From a virus: DNA of 64,000 bases. The stretch covers positions 1 through 64,000 of IMG/VR virus record IMGVR_UViG_3300045988_098461. One strand, written 5' to 3'. Positions 61,692 to 64,000 of the stretch are shown piece by piece. The first letter of the stretch is position 1. Every line of letters starts with the position of its first letter. The notes beneath the pieces are model-generated. The model was given only the letters and a program-made list of their open reading frames with translations. It had not been told where the DNA came from and ran no database searches. A program made the translations under genes and the position numbers.

Positions 61692-63203
61692 TTATTCCTC
61701 CTCTTCTTCTTCATTGGAAACTGACTGTCTTCCACTTGCGGCACTACCAAGTCCCGAAAGAGCTGCCTGCTGCGCCAACGCTTCTTCCTGTTCACTCTTC
61801 ATTTCTTCCTCAACCTTATCAGGGTCATCATTGAGAGGGTTAAGCTCGATGGCACGGCGATTAGAGGTAGATTTCGCACCACCATTGGATGAAGTGATAA
61901 GTTGCAACATTTCAACATCATTCTTTGGTAGATATGGCTTGAAGACTGGTTCAAAGTCAATCTGCTCAGCAACACTCTGGTCGATACCCTTTACGTAAAC
62001 TCCCGTATTACAGATGCCGTTAGCTACGATATTCGAGCGGCGAGTAAACATTTCACCGAACATTTCTGTCTTCAAATCTGCTTTCATATAAGGAGCAGTG
62101 AACATCAAACGGATAGCCGCACCCGAGGTGTTGCTGCCCAAGGTTTTCATATTCTCAAAGCTGATATCGGCTGTTGAGGTGAATGAATAGATGATATTGA
62201 AGAGGTAAGCAATTTCACCCTTCACACTCTCAGGTGATTTATCCCATGAAAGGACGTTCATACTTGCATCACTGCCACCTTGGAAGACTGTGCCTTGCTC
62301 GCCCTTCTCAGCGAAGCCCTCCAAACGACCTTTAATAAAGTACTTAGGCGTGCCGAAGTAGTCATTCGTATCACCCCAATTTGAGATACAAGTTTCCACT
62401 CTGTCAATAGCCCATTGAACATCTTCCCACTCAGCTTGGTCTTGTCTATAGTAAACGACAGGCACTTTGGTGAAGCCATGAGGTAGGGCAGAAATAAGCT
62501 TCCAACCTGCGCCATCAATATTAGTGTACTGATAGCACAATCTATCTGTATATACATCAAAATGTAGCTCAGATTTTCCAAGCTCATCATATACATAGTA
62601 CTCACGGGCGAAGCCGTCCATGATATGGAAATCGTTGAAATGAGGGTAGAGCTTATCGCCGTTTGAAGGTGAAAGCAACTGAACTCGGATTTCGCCTCGA
62701 AGCTTTCCCTCTGCGTCTGTTGGCATATACCATAACTCGGCGCACTCACATTCCTTGAAGAGGGTACGGGCAAGTCGCTTATCGAAGTACTTCATCTTGT
62801 TGTCGTGATAGCAGTGCATGATGCCGTCATATAGCTTCTGCTGCTTATCGTCCATCTTCTTTATATCAACACCATGTGCCGTAGCTTTATAGGTAACGGC
62901 ATTCATAAACAAGAAACCAACAGTAAGATTTGTGATTGACTTCTGAGCAGGGATAGCGATTCTTACTGGCTCAACTTTCTTATCCTTATAAATCGGTTTC
63001 TGTGTGATAGGGTCATACTGACCCGTAGGTACTTTGATTCGTTTCTTAGGACGGAAATCCTCATCAAAGATTTTATGCTTTGATGGATTCCATTGTTCTT
63101 CAAGCACACTCAGTGATGTCTTAAAGCCTTTCTTTCTTGCGGTCAATACCGAGCGGACTGTGTTCGCATCTTGTATTGATACTATCTGTTCTATTGCTCT
63201 CAT
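61692..63203 (-). CDS. portal protein
   Basis: 503 aa between the terminase and MuF genes. Acidic C-terminal tail ending EEEEEE. Confidence 0.75.
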   Translation of the reverse strand: MRAIEQIVSIQDANTVRSVLTARKKGFKTSLSVLEEQWNPSKHKIFDEDFRPKKRIKVPTGQYDPITQKPIYKDKKVEPVRIAIPAQKSITNLTVGFLFMNAVTYKATAHGVDIKKMDDKQQKLYDGIMHCYHDNKMKYFDKRLARTLFKECECAELWYMPTDAEGKLRGEIRVQLLSPSNGDKLYPHFNDFHIMDGFAREYYVYDELGKSELHFDVYTDRLCYQYTNIDGAGWKLISALPHGFTKVPVVYYRQDQAEWEDVQWAIDRVETCISNWGDTNDYFGTPKYFIKGRLEGFAEKGEQGTVFQGGSDASMNVLSWDKSPESVKGEIAYLFNIIYSFTSTADISFENMKTLGSNTSGAAIRLMFTAPYMKADLKTEMFGEMFTRRSNIVANGICNTGVYVKGIDQSVAEQIDFEPVFKPYLPKNDVEMLQLITSSNGGAKSTSNRRAIELNPLNDDPDKVEEEMKSEQEEALAQQAALSGLGSAASGRQSVSNEEEEEE

Positions 63204-63231
63204 ATATGAATATTTTTTGTTATAACAAGGG

Positions 63232-63239
63232 CAAAGTTA
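63232..63239 (-). promoter_or_regulatory. -7 box (TAACTTTG) upstream of the portal gene
   Basis: Reverse complement TAACTTTG about 29 nt upstream of ATG 63203. Confidence 0.4.
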
Positions 63240-63299
63240 GTAATAATATAACTTATATAGGCATGAAGAAGAAACCCTGTGTAAACAAAAGAAAAACGC

Positions 63300-63503
63300 C
63301 TATTTCGGCAGTCTTCCAATGTGCCAATGATTGCACTCACTACAAAGATATGCGGAGTAACCGAGTAGCCGCTTTTTCTTTATGTATCTTGCGGCTACCT
63401 TCTCATTATCAAAGGATAATTTGGCTACTCCTCTGCTATTATAGTGGGAGCGTTTACGATGATGCTCCCTTGGCTGTTTATCATATATTCGTTTCATAAG
63501 CAT
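63300..63503 (-). CDS. small basic zinc-finger-like protein (hypothetical)
   Basis: 67 aa with CSECNHWH. Lies between the terminase and portal genes. Confidence 0.4.
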   Translation of the reverse strand: MLMKRIYDKQPREHHRKRSHYNSRGVAKLSFDNEKVAARYIKKKRLLGYSAYLCSECNHWHIGRLPK

Positions 63504-63510
63504 TTCGATT

Positions 63511-64000
63511 TTAACCCATCAGACCGAGAATGTCGGCGGCTTGCATTCCGCTGCCATAATCGCCCAATAACTTCTCCATAACAACATATCGGCATGCATC
63601 TATAGCGTGATTATACATATCTATAGGCTCATTAAGCCACTTTCCTTCCTTATCTTGGCGATAGGTATAATTATTAAATTCCCTTCTTACATTTGTAGAG
63701 CGTTTTGTTATATGAATTGTGTATTCTTGCATCTTCATAATACTAGCTTGAATAGAACCTTTGAACTTCTTTACAGGTTTTATATCAATACCAGCATTAT
63801 AGATTTCATCTATCAGACGAGGGTCGGCACTCTCTGATATTACCTCAATATTTTTTTTATCCTCTTTCAATACTCTGATAATATCAGAAGAAAGCATTTC
63901 TGTCTGATAGCATATTTCATCTATATAGATAATCTTTCCGTAGATATATACATCAATAATCGCTGTAGGGTCATTGGAGTAACCAAAGTCAATGGCTCTG
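63511..64000 (-). CDS. terminase large subunit, C-terminal part (gene continues beyond the window)
   Basis: The frame is open to the window edge (…DFGYSNDPTAIIDVYI…). C-terminal IDMYNHAIDACRYVV nuclease motif. Confidence 0.8.
   Translation of the reverse strand, partial: RAIDFGYSNDPTAIIDVYIYGKIIYIDEICYQTEMLSSDIIRVLKEDKKNIEVISESADPRLIDEIYNAGIDIKPVKKFKGSIQASIMKMQEYTIHITKRSTNVRREFNNYTYRQDKEGKWLNEPIDMYNHAIDACRYVVMEKLLGDYGSGMQAADILGLMG

Noticed and set aside
1-64000. Integrase/attP, transposases, toxin-antitoxin pairs, restriction enzyme partner for the methyltransferase
   Set aside because: No ORF in the window shows tyrosine or serine recombinase, DDE or HNH/PD-(D/E)xK restriction motifs next to the relevant genes. 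The integrase, if any, must lie outside the window.

Overview
The window is almost entirely one temperate, siphovirus-like phage or prophage: it has a long tape measure and no sheath gene. The host is probably a Bacteroidota (Bacteroides/Prevotella type), because nearly every transcription unit is preceded by a TAnnTTTG -7 box, the Bacteroidota promoter type. Layout: CI/LexA-type repressor and divergent switch (155-1310); recombination module with a Rad50/SbcC-like ATPase, RecT-like protein and MBL hydrolase (2265-5834); minus-strand lysis cassette with holin candidate, GH19 endolysin and u-spanin-like protein (6787-8463); accessory minus-strand genes (8.6-13.1 kb); minus-strand tail and head genes (13.4-35.4 kb), including a 3042-aa tail fibre, a 1714-aa tape measure, the major capsid and a scaffold; a block of small minus-strand genes (35.6-39.4 kb); about 18 kb of plus-strand early genes (39.7-58.5 kb), including a VRR-NUC nuclease, a DNA methyltransferase, a BRO-N/KilA-C antirepressor and an ADP-ribosylglycohydrolase; then minus-strand MuF-ADP-ribosyltransferase, portal and partial large terminase (58.5-64.0 kb). 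Four signals stand out. (1) TAG is a normal terminator for several genes, yet it also sits in frame inside at least two clearly conserved genes (antirepressor and HK97-gp10-like neck/tail protein) and inside small ORFs that exactly fill otherwise empty gaps. This suggests selective amber read-through or partial TAG recoding rather than simple decay. A tRNA-like 3' half lies in a structured noncoding island, but no complete suppressor tRNA is visible in the window. (2) A virion MuF protein fused to an R-S-ExE ADP-ribosyltransferase sits convergent with an ADP-ribosylglycohydrolase, and two head-module proteins share a conserved N-terminal tag. (3) The early genes share a promoter cassette and a strictly conserved TAGGAGATAC(R)ACA-ATG leader motif. 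(4) There are several candidate riboregulatory leaders and one candidate sRNA. No integrase, CRISPR array, transposase or reverse transcriptase was seen. All protein family calls come from motifs read by eye, not from database searches.
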